64,000 nucleotides of DNA from NCBI GenBank assembly GCA_965197925.1, contig CBDAOC010000018.1, forward strand, positions 64,001-128,000, in the 5' to 3' direction. Below are positions 45,425-56,048 of the stretch, in pieces. Source of the DNA: Nitrososphaerales archaeon. Its GTDB lineage: Archaea > Thermoproteota > Nitrososphaeria > Nitrososphaerales > UBA213. Position numbers and translations under genes: made by a program. Numbering within the stretch: position 1 is the first letter of the stretch; each line of letters begins with the position of its first letter. Below the pieces are notes generated by a model that saw only the letters and a program-made list of their open reading frames with translations, did not search any database and had not been told where the DNA came from.

Positions 45425-46228
45425 ATGCGGAGAGTCAATTATATTCATCTATATGATGAACCATCATCCAAAACCTTGGACATGAATACTGTGGCCGATT
45501 ATGTAAGGAGTGTGGTAAAATGTGATGTTGATTGTAGGAAAGAATTCTTTGCCCATTTCCTAAGGAATGAGAATATTGATCGTGTTGTTGATAAAATAGT
45601 GTGTGCAGAGGTATTAGATCCTAGGAAGAAATTAACCAGGCATACCCCTGCTTCGAGAGAGAGAGAGTTCGAAAAACAGATTCTCTCCGATCCTGAAAAA
45701 CGAACTTTTAGTATTCTCTATGATGGTTTTGTGTTGCAACAAATACTAGATGATCTTATTCCAAAAGAAGAAAATAACCTTGAGCATTTACACGTAGTAT
45801 TCACGAATAGGCTAGTATGCACGTTTGATGAAAGTGATTATAGATATCATTATCGCACTATAATATGTGGATACCCATCCATAATATGTACTAGTGGAAT
45901 TGTCGAGGCTCCAGCCAAACCTAGAGATTTCTATTATTTGCAACTATACTATGCTTCTATAGGAAATACAAATTTGGACGACGTGAAGAGAAAATTTCAT
46001 GGCAGATTCATAGATTATGACGATCCAAGATTCACAGATATAGTTAATGGTTTTGTTCTCCAAGCATTATTTTACCAACTGACGGGAAATCCCTTCTGTA
46101 ACAAAAGAGAATGTAGGTTGTTCAATGCACACTGGCAGGAAGACTTGATAAAATGTCAGTTGGATAACAGCAATATATGTGATAATCATTTGAAAATCTT
46201 ACACAATTTTAACATTATGAAACCATAA
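45425..46228 (+). CDS. DUF6775-like putative metallopeptidase
   Basis: LYDGF, TNRL..TFD, SGIVEAPAKP, CRLFNAHWQED. Confidence 0.7.
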   Translation: MRRVNYIHLYDEPSSKTLDMNTVADYVRSVVKCDVDCRKEFFAHFLRNENIDRVVDKIVCAEVLDPRKKLTRHTPASREREFEKQILSDPEKRTFSILYDGFVLQQILDDLIPKEENNLEHLHVVFTNRLVCTFDESDYRYHYRTIICGYPSIICTSGIVEAPAKPRDFYYLQLYYASIGNTNLDDVKRKFHGRFIDYDDPRFTDIVNGFVLQALFYQLTGNPFCNKRECRLFNAHWQEDLIKCQLDNSNICDNHLKILHNFNIMKP

Positions 46229-46259
46229 TTTAAATATCATTTCATTCTGGTTTTGAGTC

Positions 46260-47231
46260 ATGATGGCAACTGATATCAAGTCCGAGACACCTGAACCGAG
46301 GAATAGAAGTAATTACGATGTCATTATTTTGGGCTCCGGACCCGCGGGGTTGACGGCTGGTATTTACGCAGCTAGAGCCAAACTTCGAACTCTCGTGATA
46401 TCAGGTAATCTGCCTGGAGGTCAGCTTATGACAACAAGTGATGTAGAAAATTTCCCAGGGTTTCCTAATGGTATATTGGGACCTGAGCTTATGATGAACA
46501 TACGCCAACAGGCGGAAAGATTCGAATCGAATGTGATGGATGATATTGCTACGCAGGTTGACTTCCGACATCATCCCTTCAGGATATTAACGACGGATAG
46601 AGAGTTTGAGACCAAGGCGGTAATTGTGGCCACAGGTGCATCTCCGCGTAAGTTAGGATTGAAATCAGAAGAAACCTTTGGAGGTAAAGGTGTATCTTAT
46701 TGTGCTACATGTGATGGCCCTTTTTTCAAGGGTGAGGACCTTGTTGTGGTTGGGGGTGGTGATAGTGCTATTGAGGAAGCAACGTTTCTATCTAAATTTG
46801 CTAAAAGTATTCAGGTTGTACATAGGAAAGACAAATTGAGAGCTAGTAGGATCCTGCAGGAACGGGCATTCGAAAATCCTAAAATAAAGTTTCAATGGAA
46901 TACTGTAGTTGCGGAAATTGATGGTGACAGGAAGGTTCATTCAGTAACATTGCAAGATGTGTTGAATAATGAAACAATAAGGGTAGATATTGGGGGAATA
47001 TTTATTGCGATTGGACATGATCCAAATACAATGATTTTCAAGGAACAGCTTGATATGGATGAAAGCGGTTACCTAAAGGTTCAAAATCATACCCTAACAA
47101 GTGTTGAAGGTGTTTTCGCGGCTGGGGATGTGCATGACCATCGGTACAGGCAGGCTGTAACTGCAGCTGGATTTGGATGTATGGCTGCTATGGACGTAGA
47201 AAAATATCTGCGGGAAAAGGAACATAGATGA
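46260..47231 (+). CDS. trxB: Thioredoxin reductase
   Basis: GSGPAG, GGQL, CATCDG, GGGDSA, AAGDV. Confidence 0.96.
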   Translation: MMATDIKSETPEPRNRSNYDVIILGSGPAGLTAGIYAARAKLRTLVISGNLPGGQLMTTSDVENFPGFPNGILGPELMMNIRQQAERFESNVMDDIATQVDFRHHPFRILTTDREFETKAVIVATGASPRKLGLKSEETFGGKGVSYCATCDGPFFKGEDLVVVGGGDSAIEEATFLSKFAKSIQVVHRKDKLRASRILQERAFENPKIKFQWNTVVAEIDGDRKVHSVTLQDVLNNETIRVDIGGIFIAIGHDPNTMIFKEQLDMDESGYLKVQNHTLTSVEGVFAAGDVHDHRYRQAVTAAGFGCMAAMDVEKYLREKEHR

Positions 47232-47270
47232 GTCATACGACCATTTGGATCAATAATAATTTTTTAATTA

Positions 47271-48275
47271 TCACAAGGAAGTAAATGGAAGCTCAGTCAT
47301 GTTCTTTGCTTCTTTCAACGCATTATCAAATTCGGTTTCAGTAAAAACATTTTGGTTTAGATACAAGCTCTTGAATTTTCTTCCATCGTCAGCCAATATT
47401 ACTACTATTGTACCCTCATTCAAATTTTCAGCGAGTTTCTTTGTAGCTGCCATTACACATCCAGATGAAGGTCCTACAAGCAACTTTTCTCGTGTCAATA
47501 AATCTCTTGAAGCATCAAATGATTCTTCATTTGTAATTGTATACCACTCATCCACGACATCTTTTCTCCTTTCGAACAAGGGAGGCATGTCTGATTCCTC
47601 ATAATTCCTCAATCCTTGGATTAAATGATTCTTTTGGGGTTGCACAGGAATTACCTTTATCTTCTTATTCTTCTCTTTAAGAAAAGTGCCTGCGCCAGTT
47701 ATTGTGCCCCCAGTACCTGCACCAGCAACAAGGTGTGTAACCGTACCCTTAGTTTGCTCCCATATTTCATAACCAGTTCCTTCATAATGCGCCATGAAGT
47801 TTGCTTCATTTTCATATTGATTTGGCATGTAGTATATTTCCGGTCTTGCCTTAGATATAGCGGTTGCGAGAGATATACTCTGATCCGTCCCTACACCAAC
47901 CTTCGGACATAGATCGTCGCTAGTTTCATATAGTTTTGCCCCTAAATTACGAAGTATCGATTTAGTTTCTACACTAACTTTTTCCGGAATAACCATTTCA
48001 ACCTCGTAACCCATTAGGTGTGCTATGCCTGTTAATGCTATTCCGGTATTACCAGACGTCGGTTCTATTATGATGCTCTTGCCCTTTTTCAAGACACCTT
48101 TTTTTTCAGCATCTTTTATCATCCAGTAAGCTGGTCTATCTTTGACTGAACCAAATGGATTATACCATTCTAGCTTAGCCAGAATTTTCACTCTCTTCGA
48201 ATATGACTCCAGTTCGATTAAAGGAGTGTTGCCAACTCTTTCCAATAACTTTGTTGAAAGCGGTTTCGTGGCCAT
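47271..48275 (-). CDS. Cysteine synthase (PLP-dependent, CysM/CysK family)
   Basis: VGNTPL, NPFGSVKDR, PTSGNTG, GTGGT. Confidence 0.92.
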   Translation of the reverse strand: MATKPLSTKLLERVGNTPLIELESYSKRVKILAKLEWYNPFGSVKDRPAYWMIKDAEKKGVLKKGKSIIIEPTSGNTGIALTGIAHLMGYEVEMVIPEKVSVETKSILRNLGAKLYETSDDLCPKVGVGTDQSISLATAISKARPEIYYMPNQYENEANFMAHYEGTGYEIWEQTKGTVTHLVAGAGTGGTITGAGTFLKEKNKKIKVIPVQPQKNHLIQGLRNYEESDMPPLFERRKDVVDEWYTITNEESFDASRDLLTREKLLVGPSSGCVMAATKKLAENLNEGTIVVILADDGRKFKSLYLNQNVFTETEFDNALKEAKNMTELPFTSL

Positions 48276-48281
48276 TTTTAC

Positions 48282-48524
48282 CTACTTTACCTTTTTTATC
48301 ATAAAGACCAGTTCATTATTTTCTTTTGAAAAATTAACTAACTCCTGTCCGTTGCGGTTCACCCAACGTGAAATATCCTCCTCTGCTTGTGGGTCATCTG
48401 CAAGAACTTTCAGTATTTCCCCAATCCCCAGCCTTTCTACCTCGATCTTCGTTCTGAACACTGGTTCAGGGCAGTATAGGCCCTTAACATCTATAGTCTT
48501 GGTCGGAGACTTTATTTCGCTCAA
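48282..48524 (-). CDS. tusA: TusA/SirA-family sulfur carrier
   Basis: DVKGLYCPEP, LADDP. Confidence 0.9.
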   Translation of the reverse strand: MSEIKSPTKTIDVKGLYCPEPVFRTKIEVERLGIGEILKVLADDPQAEEDISRWVNRNGQELVNFSKENNELVFMIKKVK

Positions 48525-48570
48525 ATAACAACCTCAGTATGGGCTATAACCAGTCCAATATATTAAATAT

Positions 48571-49317
48571 TTATCGGAATAGGTCATTTTTGCTTTTTCT
48601 AATTAATTCTTTGGAAGAACCATTCTTATTATTATTAATATGTCCACGAATTACTGCCAAAGGAATCAAGTCTAACTTGCCCATCACAAGCTCCGCTGCA
48701 CTAGCGATTTCGTCTGCAATTGCGATTTCAGTTACCATTAGTTCCTTTCCAAAACTATCTTTCAAGCCACGATAATCCATAATAGGTTTCAAACCAGAAA
48801 GCCCTATAGCAACGTTGACCTGACCTTCCCGAAAAGGTCTTCCAAAAGTGTCACTAATTATTACGGCTATTTGCTTTCCTATTCGCTTCTTAATTTTGGC
48901 TCTGATTCTGGCAGCAGAATTATCAGGATTAAAGGGAAGTAGAGACACGAAATCATCCTTAACGTTAGACTGATCCACACCTGCATTAGCGCAAACAAAC
49001 CCGTGTTTTGTTTCGACGATTATTATCCCACGTTTAATCTTCACTATTCTCCTTGATTCAGATAGGATCAGCTCTATGACCTTTGGATCCTTACCATGTT
49101 TCGCCGCGATAGAATGTGCACGTCTTGACGGTTTGACATCAATCAGAGAAACAAGCCTTCCCTCAGCCTTCGATACTATTTTCTGTGCAATAACAAGTAT
49201 ATCATTATCATATAATTTTTCTTTTTGTTTTTTTATGGATGAAAGTATCAACTCTACCAGATCGTCATACAAACTAACATCCTTCTCAACTTTAATGGGG
49301 ATTATGGATATTCGCAC
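48571..49317 (-). CDS. cofE: Coenzyme F420-0:L-glutamate ligase
   Basis: KIVSKAEG, ANAGVDQSN, DTFGRPFR, ADEIASAA. Confidence 0.95.
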   Translation of the reverse strand: MRISIIPIKVEKDVSLYDDLVELILSSIKKQKEKLYDNDILVIAQKIVSKAEGRLVSLIDVKPSRRAHSIAAKHGKDPKVIELILSESRRIVKIKRGIIIVETKHGFVCANAGVDQSNVKDDFVSLLPFNPDNSAARIRAKIKKRIGKQIAVIISDTFGRPFREGQVNVAIGLSGLKPIMDYRGLKDSFGKELMVTEIAIADEIASAAELVMGKLDLIPLAVIRGHINNNKNGSSKELIRKSKNDLFR

Positions 49318-49366
49318 AGGTTATATTCCATCCATAAATGTTAAAAAATTATGTTCAACAGCGCTA

Positions 49367-50014
49367 TTAGAACGAAGACTTTGCTGTAATCTCACCATAA
49401 TGTTTTTCAATTACCTCTATTATGAGTTCAAGATCCTTTTTGGCTATTATCACATCTGCCTTTTCCTTAACCAATTCCTGCGCGTTAAATGCAATTTTCA
49501 AACCAGAAATCTCAAAAAGTTTTAGGTCGTTTGCACCATCAACAACTGATACGATATTTTCTTTCTTCTCATTCCACTGTCTCATCACTTTGGCAATGGC
49601 ATTTGGTTTGTCCGAATTTACATTAATATCTACCCCCACCAACTTTCCATCCCTAAAGATCAGTTCATTTGAAGTAACATAATCCAATTTTAGCTCGTCT
49701 ATCAGTCTATCAGTAAATAAAGTGAAACCCCCAGATACTGCAAGTAAACGCCAACCAAACCTTTTCAGTTTCTGACATGCTACCTTGGCGCCCTCCATTA
49801 TAGGCATTTTGAGGGCGATCTCTTTTGCCCTATCGTAATCTATCCCACGCAAAGCATCTACTCTCTTAAGTAATCCTTCTTCCCAAGGTATTTCTCCCCT
49901 AATACCCTGCATAGTAATATCCATTATCTCCTTCTCCTTATCAAGCAAGTTTGCTAGTAGGGGAAGGTATTCTCCATCGAATAGTACGCCCTCAACGTCG
50001 AATATAACCAGCAA
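49367..50014 (-). CDS. serB: Phosphoserine phosphatase (HAD family)
   Basis: FDVEGVL, VSGGF, DGANDL. Confidence 0.85.
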   Translation of the reverse strand: MLVIFDVEGVLFDGEYLPLLANLLDKEKEIMDITMQGIRGEIPWEEGLLKRVDALRGIDYDRAKEIALKMPIMEGAKVACQKLKRFGWRLLAVSGGFTLFTDRLIDELKLDYVTSNELIFRDGKLVGVDINVNSDKPNAIAKVMRQWNEKKENIVSVVDGANDLKLFEISGLKIAFNAQELVKEKADVIIAKKDLELIIEVIEKHYGEITAKSSF

Positions 50015-50315
50015 AGAAATCTAAGAATGTGGATTTCTGAGGATAATATTAAGTTTGACCAATTGAGGATTGCCAAAATTACTCTACGTATAATATAAAA
50101 TTTTAAAGGTTTGTATCAAGAATTTAGTCCATATTCATGGAATTGTTGATGAATTTAGTATAAACAATTTCTTTTCCCATAACCTCTTTGCAGACAAAGC
50201 ATCTCAACTTTCTAACGTTTATTGAAATTTCAAGATCAACTTGATCTACTTGCTAGCAACTTTAAATGCTATACGATGTAACAAATTCATTCAGGAAATT
50301 ATATGACATATAATT

Positions 50316-51409
50316 GAGGCTTGGGCGTAATTTAGTTCGAAACGATAAGATCAGGTTTCAATTTTCATTGTTGATATGTTTAGCTCAGACTCGATACTCC
50401 TTCGTATATTATTTTTGATTGACGTGATTCCTTGGTCAAAACCTAATAGGAAAAGGGTAGACCATTCTACTATTCTCCTACAGTAATGGTGAGATGCTTC
50501 ATCGTTAGAGTATGGGTAAGAATACCAGGCAACAATGCTTTGCATGAATACTTTTCGATAGACATGCCATACAACAGGAAGGTAATGAAGGCATGTGGTC
50601 TTGATAGGTTGCCAGACAGAAGAACATTCGACAGAAGGTCAAGGCCGTATCAATTGACATAAGATCAAGGATAGGTGCTATGGGTATGCTCTTCATAAAA
50701 GATGGGTTGGTAGACCCAGCCATAGTATCCGTTGACAGTTCATTGTTGAAAGCAAAGGGACATGTATGGCACAAATCTAGCATGAAGAAGAATGAAGTGC
50801 CACGCTCTGGTATAGATACAGATGCTCGATGGGGCTACAGCAGAACCAAGGGATGGGTATTCGGATACAAGATGCATCTAGCATGTAGCACAGGTTCGTT
50901 GATAGTTCCATTGTCAGCTGATTTCACAACAGCTAACATTACTGATAACAAGATGTATGAAAGCATAACATCTTCATTGCCTACAGGAATGGTAAGGTAT
51001 GTTGTAGGAGATGAAGGATATGATGATCACAAGTTATGTGATTTCAGCAGGTATAGAGGGTATCCAGTATTCCCATTGGAAAGGTACAAGCATACTACAG
51101 ATAATAATAGACTGGCATTGCTGCAGTTCTATAACTCTGAATTTGGACAGCATGTATATTCTCGGAGGAGCATAAGTGTTGAACCATTGATAGAGCATAT
51201 GAAGGATGTATTTACCATAGATCCATTGCCAGTCAGAGGATTTGATAAAGCTAGGAGCATCGTTCTGATTTCTATATTGCTATACCAGCTGATGGTATAC
51301 TACAACTACTTGACAGGAAGACCATTAAGGGCATTGAAGCACATGTTGGGAAGTTAATCAATCAGAGGCATCAAGTTATTTTTGTTATATGAAATTATGT
51401 CCATGCCTC
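50316..51409 (+). mobile_element. DDE_Tnp_1-type IS, copy 3 (frameshifted, mosaic of copy 1 and copy 2 types)
   Basis: TIR GAGGCTTGGGCGTAATT / AATTATGTCCATGCCTC; ORF 50680-51357; flanks ATATAATT vs AATTATCT do not match. Confidence 0.9.
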
Positions 51410-51838
51410 AATTATCTGATGTAAGGGAAGGGACTTCCAATATCAAGGATTTCAGAGACAAAGGAGAATTATCTCCTGAGAATGTTGAACATGACCTGGG
51501 TTATGTCAAGAGGGAAGATGTTGCGTTTGTAATATCTAATAGGCTATGCTATGATATTGCCATTGAAAAGCTTGCGACCAGGAATATAGGTAAGCGGAAT
51601 GTGTCACTATCTGATAACACTATACCCATAGCTTGGCCGATAAATTAGTCCGATCTTGTGGTTAGAAGTGAAAAAGAACATACCTGCAATGATGGTCGTA
51701 AATAACATATTTCTTTTCATAACTAAACATGACATTACGCTGCACACCTTGTGGCATTCCAGGCATAAGGAAAAAGGGGTAAAAGAACCTAAAGGGCGTT
51801 CTATCCATACCATCTGGTTAAATGGAAGGCTGTAACAA

Positions 51839-51915
51839 TACAACACACAACACACGACAGCTGTATTTTCTATATACTATAGTGTAGGTGATATGTTAGG
51901 TCGTTGTGTGTTGTA
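51839..51915. repeat. 13-bp perfect inverted repeat with near-palindromic centre
   Basis: TACAACACACAAC (51839-51851) / GTTGTGTGTTGTA (51903-51915); TATACTATAGTGTA between them. Confidence 0.7.
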
Positions 51916-52117
51916 GAATCGGGTCAAAGAAGACCATATGAGCCCAGATAGAAAGCCTTTGCTTTCCATCACTCATTCTATTCTCCATTTTGACCACCTC
52001 TCCTTTCAGAGACCCCAATCTTACCCGGTGGCTCCTACATCCTTGTTCAAAGGGACTTTTGCCTAAGTAGCGGATAAATACCTGCGTTGGGAATAACGAA
52101 GTAACATGAAATAATAA

Positions 52118-52275
52118 AATCAAATTTCAGTTCTATTATTGATGTGTGTAATTCAGACTCGATACTCCATATATTATCTTTAATTAGCTTGATTCTCTAG
52201 GCAAAACTTGATAGGAATATAGATAAACCAATCTAATACTCACAAACAATAAGGCTAAGGTTCTTCATATAAGGA
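52118..52275 (+). pseudogene. Heavily decayed 5' fragment of the DDE_Tnp_1-type IS
   Basis: TCAGACTCGATACTCC...AAAACTTGATAGGAA... aligns by eye with the transposase start in copies 1-3. Confidence 0.6.
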
Positions 52276-52299
52276 TGTGACTAGGAATTCTCACTAATA

Positions 52300-52630
52300 A
52301 AATGTTTCCATCATATCTTCCTGACTTCCTTTTTGGCAGCAACATCACCGCTATCAACAGTAACTTCCTCCATCTTAAATTTTCCATCTGTATCCATGGT
52401 TTACTGGCGTAGCCACACTCTGTTCCCCCTTTCCATTTTTTACCCATATTGTCAGCCTCCTATTAGCTGTAGAACCGTCACCATTTTTTGGTACATCAAT
52501 CCACGGACATCGTGTTATTAATTCTACAATATGCCGTTAATTACCATCATTTCACATGCTTTACTCCTGCCCCTCCTTACCTTGAGGTAACAATGGTTCA
52601 ATGAACTCCCCCTGTTGATCTATCAAAGCA
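52300..52630 (-). pseudogene. Decayed IS5 (IS427-like) orfA remnant
   Basis: Fragments INGIL, CPWIDVPKNGDGSTANRRL and VDSGDVAAKK match orfA of the 31.2 and 36.1 kb elements. Confidence 0.7.
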
Positions 52631-52757
52631 GTAAATTTAAACTAGATTAGGCATGGTGGCGACAGATAGATCAAGCGATTGCAGAGGGTTCACTAGACGC
52701 TAAAGTATATTTGAACAACTTTATTCATCAACCTTATATTGTTCGCATTCACATGAT

Positions 52758-53050
52758 ATGGCACGAGCAACGAAAGCGAAAATAAGTATTTAGTAGATAT
52801 AAAGGCGGCGGAGAAGAGCATAAAGCTAACCGATCAGGCAAAGGAAGAATTGAGGGAACTTGGTATGATGAACGAAAAGGGAAAGTTGAAACTGCAGGGA
52901 GTGAGTCCAAAGATGCTGAAGCGTATGAAAACAGAGTATGTAGACTGTCCAGTATTAAAACAAGAGATTAGTTTTGTGCAGTGTTATGTCTGTAAAAACT
53001 TTAGGAGTAGGATAAAAGGACAGGTTTATTGCAAAGGAGACCCACTGTGA
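52758..53050 (+). CDS. Small Cys-rich hypothetical protein, probable frameshift near start
   Basis: VDCPVL...CYVCKNF...YCKG; open frame extends upstream of 52850 (ENKYLVDIKAAEK) but the nearest ATG (52758) is out of frame. Confidence 0.55.
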
Positions 53051-53057
53051 GTTGCCC

Positions 53058-53405
53058 TTACATTTGCAAGACTATACCGGTGGGTAAGATTCCAACAAAT
53101 TTCCAACCTTGAGGAATTAGCTTTTCCGACTCTTCACTAGTAGCTACCCTCTGAACAGTCCATACAGACACTTCTCCCAGCAAGGCAAGTATCTTTTGTA
53201 TTTGGTCAGGAATGGCTTTATCTATCCTAGTACACATCTCCTCTTTCTGCTTAAACAATGGATCTTCTTCCTTGATCTCTAGGTCCAAGAATTCCTCAGC
53301 CTGCTTAAAGGATTCACGCATTTCATTTACCAGGGATTCCGGTAAAACCCCTTTTGTTTGTCGTATACCTGGCCTCCATGCTTCCCTTGTGTCCCATCCA
53401 TAATA
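53058..53405 (-). pseudogene. Tyrosine integrase C-terminal remnant
   Basis: Upstream frame reads WMGHKGSMEARYTTNK (GH...Y catalytic end), then shifts into LPESLVNEMRESFKQAEEFLDLE. Confidence 0.7.
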
Positions 53406-53528
53406 CTAACAAGATCAATATGAATAAACCTAAATCCAGATTTATCAAATAATTCCTTCCTACTATCACTTATCGTTTCTACTAAACATAACAACCAAAT
53501 AGAATTTTGGGATAGGCTAAGTTGATTT

Positions 53529-54187
53529 TCAGATTTCCTCGGATTTAATAAACTTATTTAGATGACGAGCAATAATATTATAGACTTGTATTGAAATGTT
53601 ATTGATTTTATATTTTTGGTCAGCCTTCCAGCTACTATGAATCCTCACACAATTTTCTGTTGGATCTAAATAAATATCTCCTTCCTCAAGTAATATTTCC
53701 TTCAGCAATGATTTCAGTTCAATATCTTGGTTAAGCTGATCTGCTATACTTCCTCCCTCCCACCAAACATCTATTATTTCTTTATGAATGATACCTTTGG
53801 TTCTTTTCCTAGTTCGAGCTAATAGTCGCTCTGTAATATTTTTTCCGTTACATATCACAACAAAATGGGCTTGGTGGTATGGTAGTGCACCCCATGGAGT
53901 CACTCGCTTGGAGATCAGCCACACCTCAATATTTGAATATAATCAAAGTTTTGATCTTTGACCCTGATAGTTCCAATATTATCGACCATTCTAAATATAC
54001 CACCAGAAAATAGACTACTGTAGTACGGCGGTTTTTCAATTTCCAGTTCATTCGAATCAACCAATTCAGCTTCGAGTCCTAAATTTTGGAGGTGTTTCAG
54101 AACATTCTTAAGCAGATCGGTCTCCACATACTCTTCCTTTCCTTCCATCCCCAATAAATAAATGAATCCACCAAATAAAGATTTCAA
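53529..54187 (-). pseudogene. Hypothetical protein split into two overlapping ORFs
   Basis: ORFs 53915-54187 and 53529-53924 overlap in different frames; could also be two small genes. Confidence 0.45.
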
Positions 54188-54218
54188 ATATCTGTTAACA
54201 TTTATTAATCATTGAAAT

Positions 54219-56036
54219 ATGCAAATTTTAATGGTAAAGCAGTCCTCACCATCTTCTTTGTCTTTTGATAATCAAGTTGTAGTTATTACTGGTAGCGGAA
54301 CTGGGATAGGTCAGGCAATAGCAAAAAAGTTTGCAGAACATGGTGCAAGCATAATTATCATGGGAAGAAGGAAGGAACCATTAGAAGTAACGACTGCTAT
54401 ATTAGACAAAATAATTAAACGTGTTAACAGCAATGGAAGAATATTTTCTTTTCCTGGGATTGATGTAAGCGATGAAGAGGGAATAACAAATATGTTTACT
54501 AATATAAAGAGGGAATTCGGAAAAGTCGATCTCGTGATAAACAATGCTGGTGTTTCAGGACCGGTAAAATGTTTTCCTTCCCAACCCTACAAGGAGTTCA
54601 GGGATTGTGTAGCAATACATCTAACAGGAACGTTTTGGACTAGTGTACAGGCCTTACGGTGCATGGAACGAGGTGGCAAGATCATCACCATTGCCACTTT
54701 TTTCACTGAAGAGAAACCATACGAACAACGGCCATACAGATTCAGAAGTCCATACACATCAGCGCAAGGTGCAAAAAATAGGCTTTCTGAAGCTTTTGCT
54801 TGGGAACTTGTGTCTAGAGGAGTAAGATCTTTAGCAACAAATCCTGGTCCTGTTCATTCAGATAGAATTTACAAAACTGTTTATCCCAAAGCAGCTGCAG
54901 AATTTCTTAGAATAGGTGGATATCCCAGCTTGACACCAGTTGATATTGAAATGATTACCGACAAATTGCTGCCAGTTTTAGGAGAATCTGATGATATTGT
55001 AAATAATGCAGTCATGAATGTGGTCAACGATATTGTAAAGGAAAAAGACTCTAAAAATGACATTGAACAAACTGCGAAGATTGTAAAGGATTGCTTGGCG
55101 AAGATGCAAGAAATCGCAGAAAAGATACAGAAGAATACAAGCAAAATGATCGTTGATAACCAATTCTTATCACAAGAAGAGACTGCGGACGTTGTCTTAC
55201 ACCTTGCAGATGATACAGTCAGTAGACTAATCAATGGGAGAGTGATTCCTGCTGACAGAGTTTTTTACCCTGTCAAACCATTGATTGCATCTCATGTTTC
55301 ATTGAATGAAAAAGTGCATTTGAAGGATGTAGTAGTTGTTTTTACTGTATCATCCACTTCAGGAAAAGACCATAATAGAGTTAAAGTGCTAATCGATGCT
55401 TTTGTAAATGCAGGTGCAAAATATGTTCTACTATTCTCCAAAGAAAACAATGAATCTGAATTGTTGAGTTTTTCCCAATATGAATTCAATCTAATAGATT
55501 TTGCGGATGAAAATGCGATAAGAAATACCTTTGATAATATTGTGAGAAAATTTGGTAGATTTGATGTTGTGATATATATTACAGGGGATTATGATTATGA
55601 GAAGGATTTAACGAAGTTAAGTAGATTAGAATGGGATTACCTTGTTGACAAATATATCAATGTCCCCGCCTTGGTATCAAAAGAAGCAATTAATGCAATG
55701 GTTCCAGGTGCGATGACAGAACCGTCAAAATTTAGGGATAGTAAGGGTACAATTATATTAGTCGGACCAGATGCCCCCATAGGCAAAAAAATACTTGGAC
55801 TGATTCGAGCTAGAGCGGAAGTGTTTAGGGGTGCTTTAAGGCCATTTACTGCAACTATTAATCAGGAATTGAGTGAGGCCTTGAAATCCTTGATAAGAGT
55901 TTATTTGTTATTACCTGGTAGTATAGATGGGTCAGAACCAGATGTCAATAAACTGGTAAACTCCACTGTGTACTTTGCATCGGGGGAGACGCAAGAGAGA
56001 ACCGAAGTCATCTATTACATAGATGAGTCTAGATAA
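54219..56036 (+). CDS. Two-domain SDR-family oxidoreductase (malonyl-CoA reductase-like)
   Basis: TGSGTGIG, GRR, NNAGVSGP, NPGPVHSDRI; degenerate second Rossmann domain at C-terminus. Confidence 0.8.
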   Translation: MQILMVKQSSPSSLSFDNQVVVITGSGTGIGQAIAKKFAEHGASIIIMGRRKEPLEVTTAILDKIIKRVNSNGRIFSFPGIDVSDEEGITNMFTNIKREFGKVDLVINNAGVSGPVKCFPSQPYKEFRDCVAIHLTGTFWTSVQALRCMERGGKIITIATFFTEEKPYEQRPYRFRSPYTSAQGAKNRLSEAFAWELVSRGVRSLATNPGPVHSDRIYKTVYPKAAAEFLRIGGYPSLTPVDIEMITDKLLPVLGESDDIVNNAVMNVVNDIVKEKDSKNDIEQTAKIVKDCLAKMQEIAEKIQKNTSKMIVDNQFLSQEETADVVLHLADDTVSRLINGRVIPADRVFYPVKPLIASHVSLNEKVHLKDVVVVFTVSSTSGKDHNRVKVLIDAFVNAGAKYVLLFSKENNESELLSFSQYEFNLIDFADENAIRNTFDNIVRKFGRFDVVIYITGDYDYEKDLTKLSRLEWDYLVDKYINVPALVSKEAINAMVPGAMTEPSKFRDSKGTIILVGPDAPIGKKILGLIRARAEVFRGALRPFTATINQELSEALKSLIRVYLLLPGSIDGSEPDVNKLVNSTVYFASGETQERTEVIYYIDESR

Positions 56037-56048
56037 TGAAATCATAAT

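Noticed and set aside
51382..51648. 88-aa ORF as an independent gene
   Set aside because: Starts inside the IS terminus; probably a truncated fragment that I cannot identify
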